Virus record (IMG/VR): IMGVR_UViG_3300021399_000155
Location: 4,722 to 68,721 of that record
Strand: one strand, 5' to 3'
DNA from: a virus
Lineage: Duplodnaviria; Caudoviricetes
DNA length: 64,000 nucleotides
A program made the translations under genes and the position numbers. Under the pieces are notes generated by a model. The model searched no databases and was not told where the DNA came from. It worked only from the letters and a program-made list of their open reading frames with translations. The stretch's first letter is position 1, and every line of letters begins with the position of its first letter. Positions 43,689 to 53,277 of the stretch are shown here, piece after piece.

Positions 43689-44571
43689 TACGAATTACCT
43701 TAAACATATCATCTACGTTGTCCATGAGCGGATATCTCTTATCAAACGGAGCAGTTGAACTCCGGGCAAACTGCCGATTGACCATGTCAACATAGTAAGT
43801 GAATGTTCCGTCATCCCCGGCATAGAACTCTTCCCATCTTTCCGGCGAAATCTTATCTTTAATATGTAACTGTTCGATAGCCAGATTGTCGAAGCTTAAC
43901 ACCTTTACTCCATTTAACAACCTGAACAGATTGTGTTCCAAAAACGCCTGATTTGCTATAATCTTGTCCTTATTGGCTTCCTTATATGAGACTCCACGGC
44001 GCAGTTCCTTGTAGCCAAGAATTAGGACTTTTAGGTCGTTGCCAATCAGTTTCTCTATTTGCCATGGTGTCAGAACGCCGTTAATAGTATGGACGACTGC
44101 ATTGGGAAACTCTGAAAGTCTGGCAAACAATTCATCTGTTACGGCTACAAGAGAAACGCCAATCCCATAAATCAGCTTTCTTTTTTCTAGATCGTGTAGT
44201 AGATCTATATTGTTAAGAAAGTGGCGTTGATTAACGGTAATGTTAGGGATCACCTGTTTTTCTTTGAGCTTTTCGAGGAACGGAATGAGATCGGGATGTT
44301 CAAAGACATTTCCTCCGCCCAAGGCAGCTTCCGTAAATGGATGAAGAGTGTCAATGAACTTCTCATTCATGATGTCCCCTAGCTTACCATCTGGTGTACT
44401 ACCCTCATGGCACATGGCACACCCACCATCACAACGGTCACAAATCTTGATATCCATATTTTCCGCAAATTCCGGGCGAAACTCGTCGTCTTCTGTTTCT
44501 CTTATCTTCGTTCCATCCTCATAAATCTGCGTATGAACATTTCCGTTCATGTATTCGCCAAGCAGTTCCAT
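43675..44571 (-). CDS. radical SAM protein
   Basis: CDGGCAMCHE (CxxxCxxC); ALGGGN; NITVNQ. Confidence 0.9.
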   Translation of the reverse strand: MELLGEYMNGNVHTQIYEDGTKIRETEDDEFRPEFAENMDIKICDRCDGGCAMCHEGSTPDGKLGDIMNEKFIDTLHPFTEAALGGGNVFEHPDLIPFLEKLKEKQVIPNITVNQRHFLNNIDLLHDLEKRKLIYGIGVSLVAVTDELFARLSEFPNAVVHTINGVLTPWQIEKLIGNDLKVLILGYKELRRGVSYKEANKDKIIANQAFLEHNLFRLLNGVKVLSFDNLAIEQLHIKDKISPERWEEFYAGDDGTFTYYVDMVNRQFARSSTAPFDKRYPLMDNVDDMFKVIRNEQL

Positions 44572-44583
44572 TCCACACCTCCA

Positions 44584-44874
44584 TCAATCATGCCCGTAAT
44601 AACCAAAAGCAATAATTTCTTCTCCGCCCGGGGTTACGTAATTCTCTTTGAATGTTTCGTAACACTCATCCTGCACATCATCGAAGAACTCTTCCGGGCT
44701 ATACACAGCATCTGCTTCATCCACCATTCCCGGCTTATCAAGCTTCCTAAGCCACCTATTGAACACAAGCTCACCGTTTTCCCATTTATCCCACTCGTCC
44801 TTGGTGCAAATTGTTAAACTGTGAACACTACTACTGTTTGTTTCGAATACACTCGTTCTAATCTGCCTCTTCAT
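44584..44874 (-). CDS. ETNSSS-motif protein, paralogue 1
   Basis: MKRQIRTSVFETNSSSVHSLTI. Confidence 0.75.
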   Translation of the reverse strand: MKRQIRTSVFETNSSSVHSLTICTKDEWDKWENGELVFNRWLRKLDKPGMVDEADAVYSPEEFFDDVQDECYETFKENYVTPGGEEIIAFGYYGHD

Positions 44875-45553
44875 TCGCTCCATTCCTCCATTCATAAGTA
44901 TCAAAAGGCTCTTCGTCAGGCGGATACTCTCTCTCTATCTTATCAAGATTAATCAGACCGCTTCTCTTAACGTCGCCCCATGCACCATATTCGTCTCCAT
45001 CAATGATTACGACATACTTCCTATTAGTAAGGAATTCTTTTAAAGAAATCCCTTCTCCCTTTAGAAATCCCTGAAGTAATCCGACGGATTGATGATCGAC
45101 ACCTCCGTAATCTTTACCAACAACTCTTGCCTTTGGAATTGGCTTTTTCTTTTCGCCATTTTTTACATAGAAAAGCCCGTCGCCATACCACTCTGGTTTA
45201 ACCTCGTTTCCATCTTCGTCGTAGTAATATGTTTTCTGCTCTTCACCAAATCGAACTGTTTTTACTTCTGGAAGAATTTCTCTTATAATAGGAAGAAACT
45301 CTGTCTCGAATTGCTCATCTGACGTACACAAGGAAGCAATTGCATAACGTAATTTGTCGTAGAAGCTTGTCAAGATCTCGAATGGGACTCTGTCAAAATA
45401 CAAATTCCAAATCATACTTAAAGCGCCATCGTGAATGTAGATATTCTCGGATTCTTTCTTTGGATCGACATATTCGTCTTCCTTCTTAATAACGAGGCTG
45501 TGCATGGAACTACTGTTGGTTTCGAAACATGATCTCCTTATCTGTCTTTTCAT
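44858..45553 (-). CDS. ETNSSS-motif protein, paralogue 2
   Basis: MKRQIRRSCFETNSSSMHSLVI; DHQS. Confidence 0.8.
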   Translation of the reverse strand: MKRQIRRSCFETNSSSMHSLVIKKEDEYVDPKKESENIYIHDGALSMIWNLYFDRVPFEILTSFYDKLRYAIASLCTSDEQFETEFLPIIREILPEVKTVRFGEEQKTYYYDEDGNEVKPEWYGDGLFYVKNGEKKKPIPKARVVGKDYGGVDHQSVGLLQGFLKGEGISLKEFLTNRKYVVIIDGDEYGAWGDVKRSGLINLDKIEREYPPDEEPFDTYEWRNGANEEAD

Positions 45554-45562
45554 TCTTCCTCC

Positions 45563-46045
45563 TTAATCTCTTGAACACTTCAACCCAACATAATCGTTCC
45601 AGATGAAATCAATGACGGCATCTTTATCATAAAGGTCAATAATGCAATCGCTATCATAATTAGGAACAGATTGATGGTCGATGTACGGTGCTTTCTCATC
45701 ATCATAAAGATCTATCTTATTATTCCACACAACCCTTACACCTTTGCACTCTGGCAAATACTCTTTTACGGCATCTTCAAGCAGTCCCCACGAATAACTT
45801 TCATACATGTCTGTTAAATCTGAATCCCAATGTCCGGTAATGTACCAAATTGCGGTTGCAAGATAAGACAGTTTCTCTTGCTGAGTAGTAAACCTTCCAT
45901 CGCAACCAAACACACCAAATTTAGTTTGCAGATATCCATCCTTCATCTTGATCTTGTTTGGTCTACGTCCACTACTATCGATTGTTAAAGAATGAACACT
46001 ACTACTATTAGTCTCGAACACGCTGTTTCTCTTCTGATGTTTCAT
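45563..46045 (-). CDS. ETNSSS-motif protein, paralogue 3
   Basis: MKHQKRNSVFETNSSSVHSLTI; DHQS. Confidence 0.8.
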   Translation of the reverse strand: MKHQKRNSVFETNSSSVHSLTIDSSGRRPNKIKMKDGYLQTKFGVFGCDGRFTTQQEKLSYLATAIWYITGHWDSDLTDMYESYSWGLLEDAVKEYLPECKGVRVVWNNKIDLYDDEKAPYIDHQSVPNYDSDCIIDLYDKDAVIDFIWNDYVGLKCSRD

Positions 46046-46453
46046 TAAATCTTCCTCCTTTTGCAACAAAGTATCCGATTAGAAAACCAACCATAATCAT
46101 CGCCATAATTCCAAATGGTGTCATAAACCCGCTTGATACCGAAAAAGCAGATGTAACCATTATGAAGATCAGCATCATGTAAAGTATTACAACCATCCAA
46201 TCCTCCTTCCCTTTGCTTCTACACACATCTTCCAGATTGTATAGTAAAAGTCTTTTTCTTCCTCTTCTGAAACATCGTACTTACATGTCTCACAGTTTCC
46301 ATCACATTTTGCAACGCAACAGTTGTACCCCTTTGCCGCCATCCTCTGTATTTCGTTAATCTTCATCGAATTCCCTTTCGCTTGTTAAGGCCAATACACA
46401 ATACGCAACTGATAAAATAATTGCACACATAATCAGGGCAACGATGACTGATA

Positions 46454-46642
46454 TCATGACAATTCCTCCCCGAAGTACTGTCTTAACAATTCTATGAATT
46501 TATCTTCTTCTAAGAAAAACGGATCTCTGTTATACCAACGGAAAAAGTTGCTCATTAACTGACCGAAGCGCCAATCCGGGACTTTCTTCCAAACCTCTCC
46601 AACTTCCTCTAAAAACTTATTGATTCTCTTAGGATCTCTCAT
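46454..46642 (-). CDS. conserved small phage protein (MRDPKRI family)
   Basis: MRDPKRI...WKKVPDWRFGQL. Confidence 0.7.
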   Translation of the reverse strand: MRDPKRINKFLEEVGEVWKKVPDWRFGQLMSNFFRWYNRDPFFLEEDKFIELLRQYFGEELS

Positions 46643-46943
46643 ATTTATATCTCCTCAAATTCCTCAAATAATAAACGCTGTTTTTTGTAGTGAATACAAT
46701 ATAATCATCGTCCCACCGATCGATGGAAACGATCTTTGATGTCTCGCACATATGGATCCATGGATCGTCTATTTCGTACCATTCGCCATCTTTACTCGTG
46801 TAGTAAAACATGATTGCGCAAAGGCCAATTTGGAACCTCTCCCACATCATCTTTACAAGACGCCCGATCCTGTTCTTCGATCTAATATCAGTTTTTCTTT
46901 TCCCGGTTGTCGCATCCAAGATATCTACAATCTGATACATCAC
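46629..46943 (-). CDS. hypothetical protein
   Basis: operon packing. Confidence 0.6.
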   Translation of the reverse strand: MMYQIVDILDATTGKRKTDIRSKNRIGRLVKMMWERFQIGLCAIMFYYTSKDGEWYEIDDPWIHMCETSKIVSIDRWDDDYIVFTTKNSVYYLRNLRRYKYERS

Positions 46944-46946
46944 CCA

Positions 46947-47555
46947 TTACCCCTTCATTCTTAAGTGAACATTGTCAAAGTACTTATAGTCGTATTTTCG
47001 GTTTCCGTTGGCAAGTGTCTCCCATTCCGCCGAATTTACCTTGTCGGAAGTGATCATCGAAAGAACATACATTTCGTCTTTGATCTTTCGGCGTTCTCGG
47101 CGCAGATCCCTTATGATGGCATATACTTTGTAGCCGCCCGGAGTGTTGTAGTTGTGACCAAATTCGATTGCGTGAAGGACTTCGCTTATCTTTCTGTCGA
47201 TTACTGAAAGCTGTTCGCTCAGTTCCTTTTGTCTTTCATCCGAATGTTTTCTGATCTCGGAGTACTTTGAGGCGATTTCCATGATGCTGTTCATGTCCGG
47301 CGCTACAAGTTTTACCTTCGGATTTTGATCTACAACAGTTGCCCTCTCTGTTTTCCTTGTAGAAACCAGAGCAATGTGATATGCTCCCGAAAGATGTTTT
47401 TTCATTGAACTAAGCAATGTCCTTGCTCTCTTTTCAGAAAAATGATCCGCCATTTCTTCGCCGGGCGCCGTTACATACTTCCCTGCTCCATTTCGGTAAA
47501 CGAAATTTTTGCCATCTGTAATACAGTACCGCTTGTAATCGTTCATCGTTTCCAT
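46947..47555 (-). CDS. hypothetical coiled-coil protein
   Basis: LHAIE..GYKVY..IRDLRRERRKIKDE pattern; AAGGAG RBS. Confidence 0.65.
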   Translation of the reverse strand: METMNDYKRYCITDGKNFVYRNGAGKYVTAPGEEMADHFSEKRARTLLSSMKKHLSGAYHIALVSTRKTERATVVDQNPKVKLVAPDMNSIMEIASKYSEIRKHSDERQKELSEQLSVIDRKISEVLHAIEFGHNYNTPGGYKVYAIIRDLRRERRKIKDEMYVLSMITSDKVNSAEWETLANGNRKYDYKYFDNVHLRMKG

Positions 47556-47596
47556 CTCCTTTTACCTTGATACTTCTATATTCTCTATCCTTGCGG

Positions 47597-47626
47597 AAAG
47601 AAAACCCTCTGCTTTTACACAGAGGG
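47597..47626 (-). terminator. intrinsic terminator after the sigma-DUF262 gene
   Basis: CCCTCTG-N8-CAGAGGG followed by TTTTCTTT. Confidence 0.65.
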
Positions 47627-47638
47627 ATTTGTGCTTAT

Positions 47639-49888
47639 CTAGGCACTTCTATATGAGGGAGAGTGGCTAAGTTCATCCATATATGAGATATATTCTGCCA
47701 AGCTGTCGTTCATCTTATTTCGGTTGCCGATGATATCTCTTGTAAACGGACGATTTGTTTCGAAGTTTTCGGCATATCCTTTTACCCACGAATCGAATTC
47801 GATGCCGTACATCATATTCTTGTTTGCGTAATCGTAAGTTCCAACAATCGCCGGGATATTGTATTCGGAGTAGAAGTCGTTCGGCAATTTCACTTCCAAC
47901 GAATGAAGAGACATATCTTCCAGATGTTCTAACACATCTGTCTCTACCCCCTTAAGAGCAAGGCTGTAATCTGTCAGGTTGTCCTGAATGTTCTTATCAG
48001 ACAAATCCGTCTGGCCAGCGCAGATCATGAGGCTTTGCATTGCAATCCTTACAAGATTGTTATCCGTAATGGAAGGAAGTACATTTGCCACGAACTCGCT
48101 ATGGGCAAACTTGTCAATGTAATCTTCCGCATCGGCGCTTACATCGAACTCTTCTACAACTTCTTCCTTTTTAATATGGAAGAAGTCGTACATCAGAGTT
48201 TCTAAGATACTAAGCTTTGCAGCAACGACAGATTTGTCTTTGGATGCCTTACTACAAAGATCAAGGAACGACGTTCCATCGATTTCCTTTGAGATCAGGT
48301 TCTCCCGGAACTCGATCATGAAATCGACGAATTTTTCGTCATCGTCAATGCCAAGATCTTCGAACTTCTTGAATGTTGCGAACCAGAGAAATGTATCTCT
48401 GGAAGTGAACATGTCCTTAACGCCTTCGGTGCCAATGTCGGAAATCCGATTCATAACTTCTTCAAGTCCATCGAATTCCCTTGCGGTTGCGTTTACCTTG
48501 AGGTATTCAGCCGCCGCCGGGCCTTTCTTCCAATCAGACAAGAAGTACATTGCCATCACACTTTCAATGATGATCCTGTCGATAGTTCCGTTCGAGTACT
48601 CTGCTCTTGTGTAGCTTCCACACTCTTCTTTGAAGAATGGAAGGTTTGCCATTCCCTTTACGATCTGTGCAAATTCTCTACCCAAGTGAGCAATTCCCTT
48701 CTGGCTTACCGTCATCGGACGAGCCTGATTGAAGCGAAGGATGTGATACTCGACTTCCTCATCATCACAGTTAAGATAAAGGTCAACGCCAACCGAATAG
48801 TTGTCGATGAGCTCCTTAAGTTCTTCTGGAAGCTGTTCGTAGCTCTTCTTCCTTACGTCGAATTCGGCGTCCTCTACAAGAGGAAATCCGTTCCTAACCA
48901 CCTGATTTCCGTTCTCGTCAAGAACCGGCTTTTTATAATGAATGATCGGTCTTTTCGCATTCTTGCTAATCTTAAACTCGTTGTCCCGGTACGAAGTAAT
49001 TGTCGTCGCCCTCTGCTTTCCGTCAATAAGCCACTGTACCGTTGAACCATCCTTAGTCTGCTCTGCAAGGATGATAGAAGGAAACGTGTATCCGTGAAGC
49101 ATCGTGACAATCAGATCGCTCTTTGTCTGTGCGTTCCATTGATCACTCTGTCTTTGCTGTGGATGATTTACGTTAATGCGATTTGCCTTAATGGCTTTGC
49201 CGATTGCTTCCGCACTGTACTGGGTGACCTTAGACGTTTCGCTTGTAGTAGTAGTCGTATTCATCATAGGTAGCGTTTCCTCCTTTGTAACAATCATATT
49301 CTTTGTCAGAATTCTTTTCCTGTCGCTCATCCGTATACTCTCCATATAATGAGCGAGTTCCGAATCGGTCAGATGCAACCGTAACCGAATCTCTTCTTTG
49401 GAAGACTTGCCAAGCATCATCATTACGATATCCCTTTCGGTTTTGGTTAAGCTTTCCATATAAAGTTGAGCGTTCGATTTCTCCTGTTCTTGTGTGTAAT
49501 TGCGGATTGCGGTATCCTCTACGTTAAAGGTAGAAGGTACAAGATCTCCACGGCTTACGTCACCGTCTTCGTCAACTGTTTCATCAAGAGATACAGTCAG
49601 TATTGTTCCTCCGCCACGTTTCAGACGGTTCTTTGCTGTAATGTAACTCTTAATCTTGTTGCTCAGACACTGAACAAGATAAGTCTGAAATTTGGCAATC
49701 TTCGGATCCCAGTTACACGCCGTGCTCAGAAACACGTCTGTTGCGATCCCGTAGAGATCATCCATCTCCGTTTCACTTAACCCGTTGAAGCGATTCTTCT
49801 CTACAACGTATCTTACGAGCCTATGCAGTTCCTTAGCTTCGTTGCCGTAGTAGTGTTCCAATTCCTCGTTAGAAATCTTAATGTCCAT
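47639..49888 (-). CDS. sigma-70-like (SigH/ComX-type) factor fused to a DUF262/ParB-like domain
   Basis: region 2 DDLY..WDPKIAKFQTY..NKIKSY..NRLKR; SLD; region 4 HTH; then HPQQR..W, FPSIIL, LIDGKQR. Confidence 0.75.
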   Translation of the reverse strand: MDIKISNEELEHYYGNEAKELHRLVRYVVEKNRFNGLSETEMDDLYGIATDVFLSTACNWDPKIAKFQTYLVQCLSNKIKSYITAKNRLKRGGGTILTVSLDETVDEDGDVSRGDLVPSTFNVEDTAIRNYTQEQEKSNAQLYMESLTKTERDIVMMMLGKSSKEEIRLRLHLTDSELAHYMESIRMSDRKRILTKNMIVTKEETLPMMNTTTTTSETSKVTQYSAEAIGKAIKANRINVNHPQQRQSDQWNAQTKSDLIVTMLHGYTFPSIILAEQTKDGSTVQWLIDGKQRATTITSYRDNEFKISKNAKRPIIHYKKPVLDENGNQVVRNGFPLVEDAEFDVRKKSYEQLPEELKELIDNYSVGVDLYLNCDDEEVEYHILRFNQARPMTVSQKGIAHLGREFAQIVKGMANLPFFKEECGSYTRAEYSNGTIDRIIIESVMAMYFLSDWKKGPAAAEYLKVNATAREFDGLEEVMNRISDIGTEGVKDMFTSRDTFLWFATFKKFEDLGIDDDEKFVDFMIEFRENLISKEIDGTSFLDLCSKASKDKSVVAAKLSILETLMYDFFHIKKEEVVEEFDVSADAEDYIDKFAHSEFVANVLPSITDNNLVRIAMQSLMICAGQTDLSDKNIQDNLTDYSLALKGVETDVLEHLEDMSLHSLEVKLPNDFYSEYNIPAIVGTYDYANKNMMYGIEFDSWVKGYAENFETNRPFTRDIIGNRNKMNDSLAEYISYMDELSHSPSYRSA

Positions 49889-50152
49889 GCGTTTCCCTCA
49901 CTGAATCGAACAATATTTTCTAACTTCTCTTTCCCTTAATTGCAGCACAAATACAATTCTGTGGTCGAAAAGTAGCCGTCCAGAGGACGGATTCCATGTG
50001 GGTTAATCGGGGATGTTGTTGACAACGCAACTATGAAATGATATTCTGACAAGAGAGTGGGCACACCTATCCGCTCTACTGTCTCCCCGGACTTGTTTGG
50101 CGACTGCCGGGGAGATTTCTCTTTCTTCATTTCTCTTCCCTTTTCGCTCCCT

Positions 50153-50181
50153 ATTCTATCGAACGAGCGTTCGAATGTCAA
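50153..50181 (-). promoter_or_regulatory. sigma-A promoter with a LexA (SOS) box filling the spacer
   Basis: TTGACA(50181-50176)-TTCGAACGCTCGTTCGA-TAGAAT(50158-50153); CGAAC-N4-GTTCG. Confidence 0.85.
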
Positions 50182-50321
50182 GAGAGTGTCATTTTTCTTT
50201 AACAACCACAAAACTCATATGAATTATAAGGTTACGACATATTGCACAATCATTTTTGTAACATTTACCGACATGTTTCGTCACATGTTGTCGGTTTATC
50301 GCGACATCTCATGCGCATCAC

Positions 50322-50543
50322 CTACCTTTCTATGTATTCCTTTCCCAATATCTTGCGAGTTTTATGATAGCAGTCAATAAGCCTGTTATTTGCTTTAGTC
50401 TGACCGTTGGTGTCGTTCAAAGCTCCTTTGCATTGTGGTGTTAGAAGCTTCGACAAAGCCAGCAAGATCACCTCCTGATTTTCCAAAATGCGTTCTTCGA
50501 TTTTTGTTTTCTGTTTTATCCTATTCTCAATGTTCTCCGTCAT
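50322..50543 (-). CDS. hypothetical protein
   Basis: GAGGAG RBS. Confidence 0.6.
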   Translation of the reverse strand: MTENIENRIKQKTKIEERILENQEVILLALSKLLTPQCKGALNDTNGQTKANNRLIDCYHKTRKILGKEYIER

Positions 50544-50594
50544 TTACACTCCTCATAAGTAATATGTCCAATTTCTTTCGAAATCAGCAAAATA

Positions 50595-50617
50595 ATTTTG
50601 TATTTTTTTAGTACAAT
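50595..50617. repeat. 23-bp direct repeat, copy 2
   Basis: identical to 6739-6761; intergenic. Confidence 0.75.
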
Positions 50618-50626
50618 TTTCCCTTT

Positions 50627-50661
50627 AAAAAAAGCTACCCGATTTCTCATCGGATAGCTCT
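50627..50661 (-). terminator. intrinsic terminator
   Basis: AGCTATCCGAT-GAGAA-ATCGGGTAGCT + T7. Confidence 0.7.
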
Positions 50662-50838
50662 TGGCTTGCTTTATTCTACCGTTAAAGCTACGACGTTCCG
50701 TCGTACCTTTGAAAACTTATTCTGTATTTCCTTTGTTGCCTAACCTCTACTTGCTCTCTTATTGTGTTTCCCTTGACTTTCTTGTCAACCGCTACAAGAC
50801 CCTATTCTCTTCTTTATCGACAAAAAAGTGTGCTGTGA

Positions 50839-51015
50839 TCACACTTCTATATCCAAGTCTTCCCACGCATATTCATCCTTGTCAAAGATAACCGTGGAAC
50901 CTGTTTCGTCATCGACGCGACCGTCTGCTAACCAAATTGCTTCGTCGAGAGTGAGCGATCTATTTGTCACGATTTCGGCTACAACTTTCCCAGTGCTTTT
51001 CTGAATAATTTTCAT
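50839..51015 (-). CDS. hypothetical protein
   Basis: internal ATG with RBS. Confidence 0.55.
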   Translation of the reverse strand: MKIIQKSTGKVVAEIVTNRSLTLDEAIWLADGRVDDETGSTVIFDKDEYAWEDLDIEV

Positions 51016-51197
51016 TTTATAATCTCCCTTCAATTCCAATCTTCACAGGTGTCATCATCTTCTACGGTTACTTCATGATCATGCCCATCTGCCATGCAAT
51101 GCAATTTGTCTTCATCATCTACAAAAGAATTTGATCAAGTAAAACATGTCTTCTCGATGCAATTTGTGTAAAACATAGATACCACTTCCTTCCTATT

Positions 51198-51220
51198 AAA
51201 AAGAGCCGCAATTGCGGCTC
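51198..51220 (-). terminator. intrinsic terminator
   Basis: GAGCCGC-AATT-GCGGCTC + T5. Confidence 0.7.
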
Positions 51221-51496
51221 CTAAATCATATCTATTTCGCTTACAACATCGTCAAGATCGTACTCATCATCTCCATCTATGATTGACTGCAACATGTCTA
51301 TCGCATTATTGAGACAGTCGATTGCTTCTTGACTCTCTTCTCCACGCATCGAGTATTGTAGATTTTCCGGCATTGAGTCGAAGGCGTATTCTTCGTCATC
51401 CAGAATACTTTGGAGTTCCTCAATCATTTCTTTCATGTTGCTTTCGCTTAATAGCATGGACACATTAAAAATTCTTTTTCTTCTTACTTTATTCAT
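51221..51496 (-). CDS. conserved phage protein
   Basis: MNKVRRKRI...DEEYAFDSMPENLQYS.RGEE. Confidence 0.7.
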   Translation of the reverse strand: MNKVRRKRIFNVSMLLSESNMKEMIEELQSILDDEEYAFDSMPENLQYSMRGEESQEAIDCLNNAIDMLQSIIDGDDEYDLDDVVSEIDMI

Positions 51497-51507
51497 TATA
51501 TTTCTCC

Positions 51508-52239
51508 CTAGACATATTTCACAAACAGTAGTTTTTCATTATACAAATATTCATTATAGACGCTTGCTCTAATGCTCTTAAAATTCTTACTACTTTTTTC
51601 GCTTTCAGTCCACTCTCTTTTACTGTATCCTTTTGAATTAAAAGGAAAACTATTTTTACTTTCCTCGACCGCTTTCTGTTCTAACATATTATACTCATCT
51701 TCTGTTACCCAAATTCCGTCTGCCCCTGGTACATTTTTAATACAATAAAAGTGGCGATTATCTCTGTATGGAAATTTCGGTTCTCTTTCCCCCATTCTCC
51801 ACCAGCCGGGATGTGTAGCTCTGTATTCCAGAACTAATTTCTCTTCTTCTTTATTATACACTCTTCCAGAAGATTCGTTGTAGATGAATCCACTATCTGT
51901 GATGTATTTTTCATCAATCACACCCTTCCAGTTACCAGATTTTAAGAAAATCACCCAATCTTTCCATGACCCAAACGTAGAAAGTGATAGCCATATCAGA
52001 CTGAATATAACGGATTTCGTAATGGTGATCGTATAATCAGGCCATCCCATTCCAAAAATCATTATAATTGAAATAGGTAACCCTAGTCTACAATAATTAA
52101 GCAACTGTGACGGTGACACACACCATATATAAGGCCATTTCATTTTGGGCCACAACGATCTGTCAAAATTAATTTCATAATCATCCGACAGCATATCGTC
52201 TATTTTTTTATCAATTTCGTAGTATTCATAATTAGACAT
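51508..52239 (-). CDS. membrane protein
   Basis: two hydrophobic segments near the N-terminus. Confidence 0.6.
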   Translation of the reverse strand: MSNYEYYEIDKKIDDMLSDDYEINFDRSLWPKMKWPYIWCVSPSQLLNYCRLGLPISIIMIFGMGWPDYTITITKSVIFSLIWLSLSTFGSWKDWVIFLKSGNWKGVIDEKYITDSGFIYNESSGRVYNKEEEKLVLEYRATHPGWWRMGEREPKFPYRDNRHFYCIKNVPGADGIWVTEDEYNMLEQKAVEESKNSFPFNSKGYSKREWTESEKSSKNFKSIRASVYNEYLYNEKLLFVKYV

Positions 52240-52255
52240 GTGCCAATCTCCCTTC

Positions 52256-53224
52256 TTAAAAATCCATCAACTTTGCAGCCTTTTCGGCGGCACCGTTATC
52301 TTGAACGATATACAACTGTGTGGTTTCTACGGATGCATGTCCCATTCTGTCTTGAACAAACCGAATGTCTTTGGTCTTGTCATACAATATTGTTCCATAT
52401 GCAGCTCTCAATTTGTGTGGAGACAACCGTTTTCCAATTGCTTTCTCTGTATATGACTGTACTAAATATGCAACACTTCTTGAAACCAACCTATCTCCCT
52501 CGCACGAAATAAACAATGAATTTGTTGTTTTTCCCTTTTTATACTTATCTCGAACGGATAACCAATCTTTAATTGCGATCATGGTTTTGCTTCCAAGCAT
52601 ATGAACATGCATCTTATTTCCCTTATCAACCACAGTCAGTGTGCTTTTCTCAAAGTCAATATCTTCAATGTTTATCTCACAAAGAGCCGTTTCTCTAATT
52701 CCGGTTGATATAAAGACTCTAAGAATTGCGACATCTCTATAACGTTGAACCTCTTGCTTCTCCGTTTTTCTCGGTGTATTTGCGACTTCAAGTATCTTTT
52801 GTAAATCATTTTCTGTTAAGTAAACACGTTTGATATTATCTTTTTGTCTTGCTCTTCGAATAAAAAGCATTGGATTGTCTTCTCTCCATTTCTTTTTGAC
52901 CGCATAATCAAAGTACTTATTAAGAACAGAATAAGTTAATTGTCTGTATGAAAAGCTTGTGGATACCACTTCTCCGTTAACTTCTTTTGTTTCTATACTT
53001 TTCATATAACGTTGGACATCAACATCTGTAATATCACTCATTGTTTTTGGGTTGTTAACAAACCGTAAGAACAATCTCATAGACGTAAGATACTGAACGC
53101 AACTTTTAGGTTCCATTGACACCGCAAGATTATAGTACCATTCCTGAATTTCTTTTGGCATTTCCTTCGCTAACGCCTCTGCCATCTTGCTGTTCTTGAT
53201 ATCATGTTCCAATCTCCCTTTCAT
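52256..53224 (-). CDS. tyrosine recombinase, XerC/D-like
   Basis: STGIRETAL, DKGNK, SPHKLR, MGHAS, TQLY: complete catalytic set. Confidence 0.9.
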   Translation of the reverse strand: MKGRLEHDIKNSKMAEALAKEMPKEIQEWYYNLAVSMEPKSCVQYLTSMRLFLRFVNNPKTMSDITDVDVQRYMKSIETKEVNGEVVSTSFSYRQLTYSVLNKYFDYAVKKKWREDNPMLFIRRARQKDNIKRVYLTENDLQKILEVANTPRKTEKQEVQRYRDVAILRVFISTGIRETALCEINIEDIDFEKSTLTVVDKGNKMHVHMLGSKTMIAIKDWLSVRDKYKKGKTTNSLFISCEGDRLVSRSVAYLVQSYTEKAIGKRLSPHKLRAAYGTILYDKTKDIRFVQDRMGHASVETTQLYIVQDNGAAEKAAKLMDF

Positions 53225-53277
53225 AATTACCTCCTAATTCTATTCTATCTCGATCCTTCGTTTGTAGCAACACTTTC

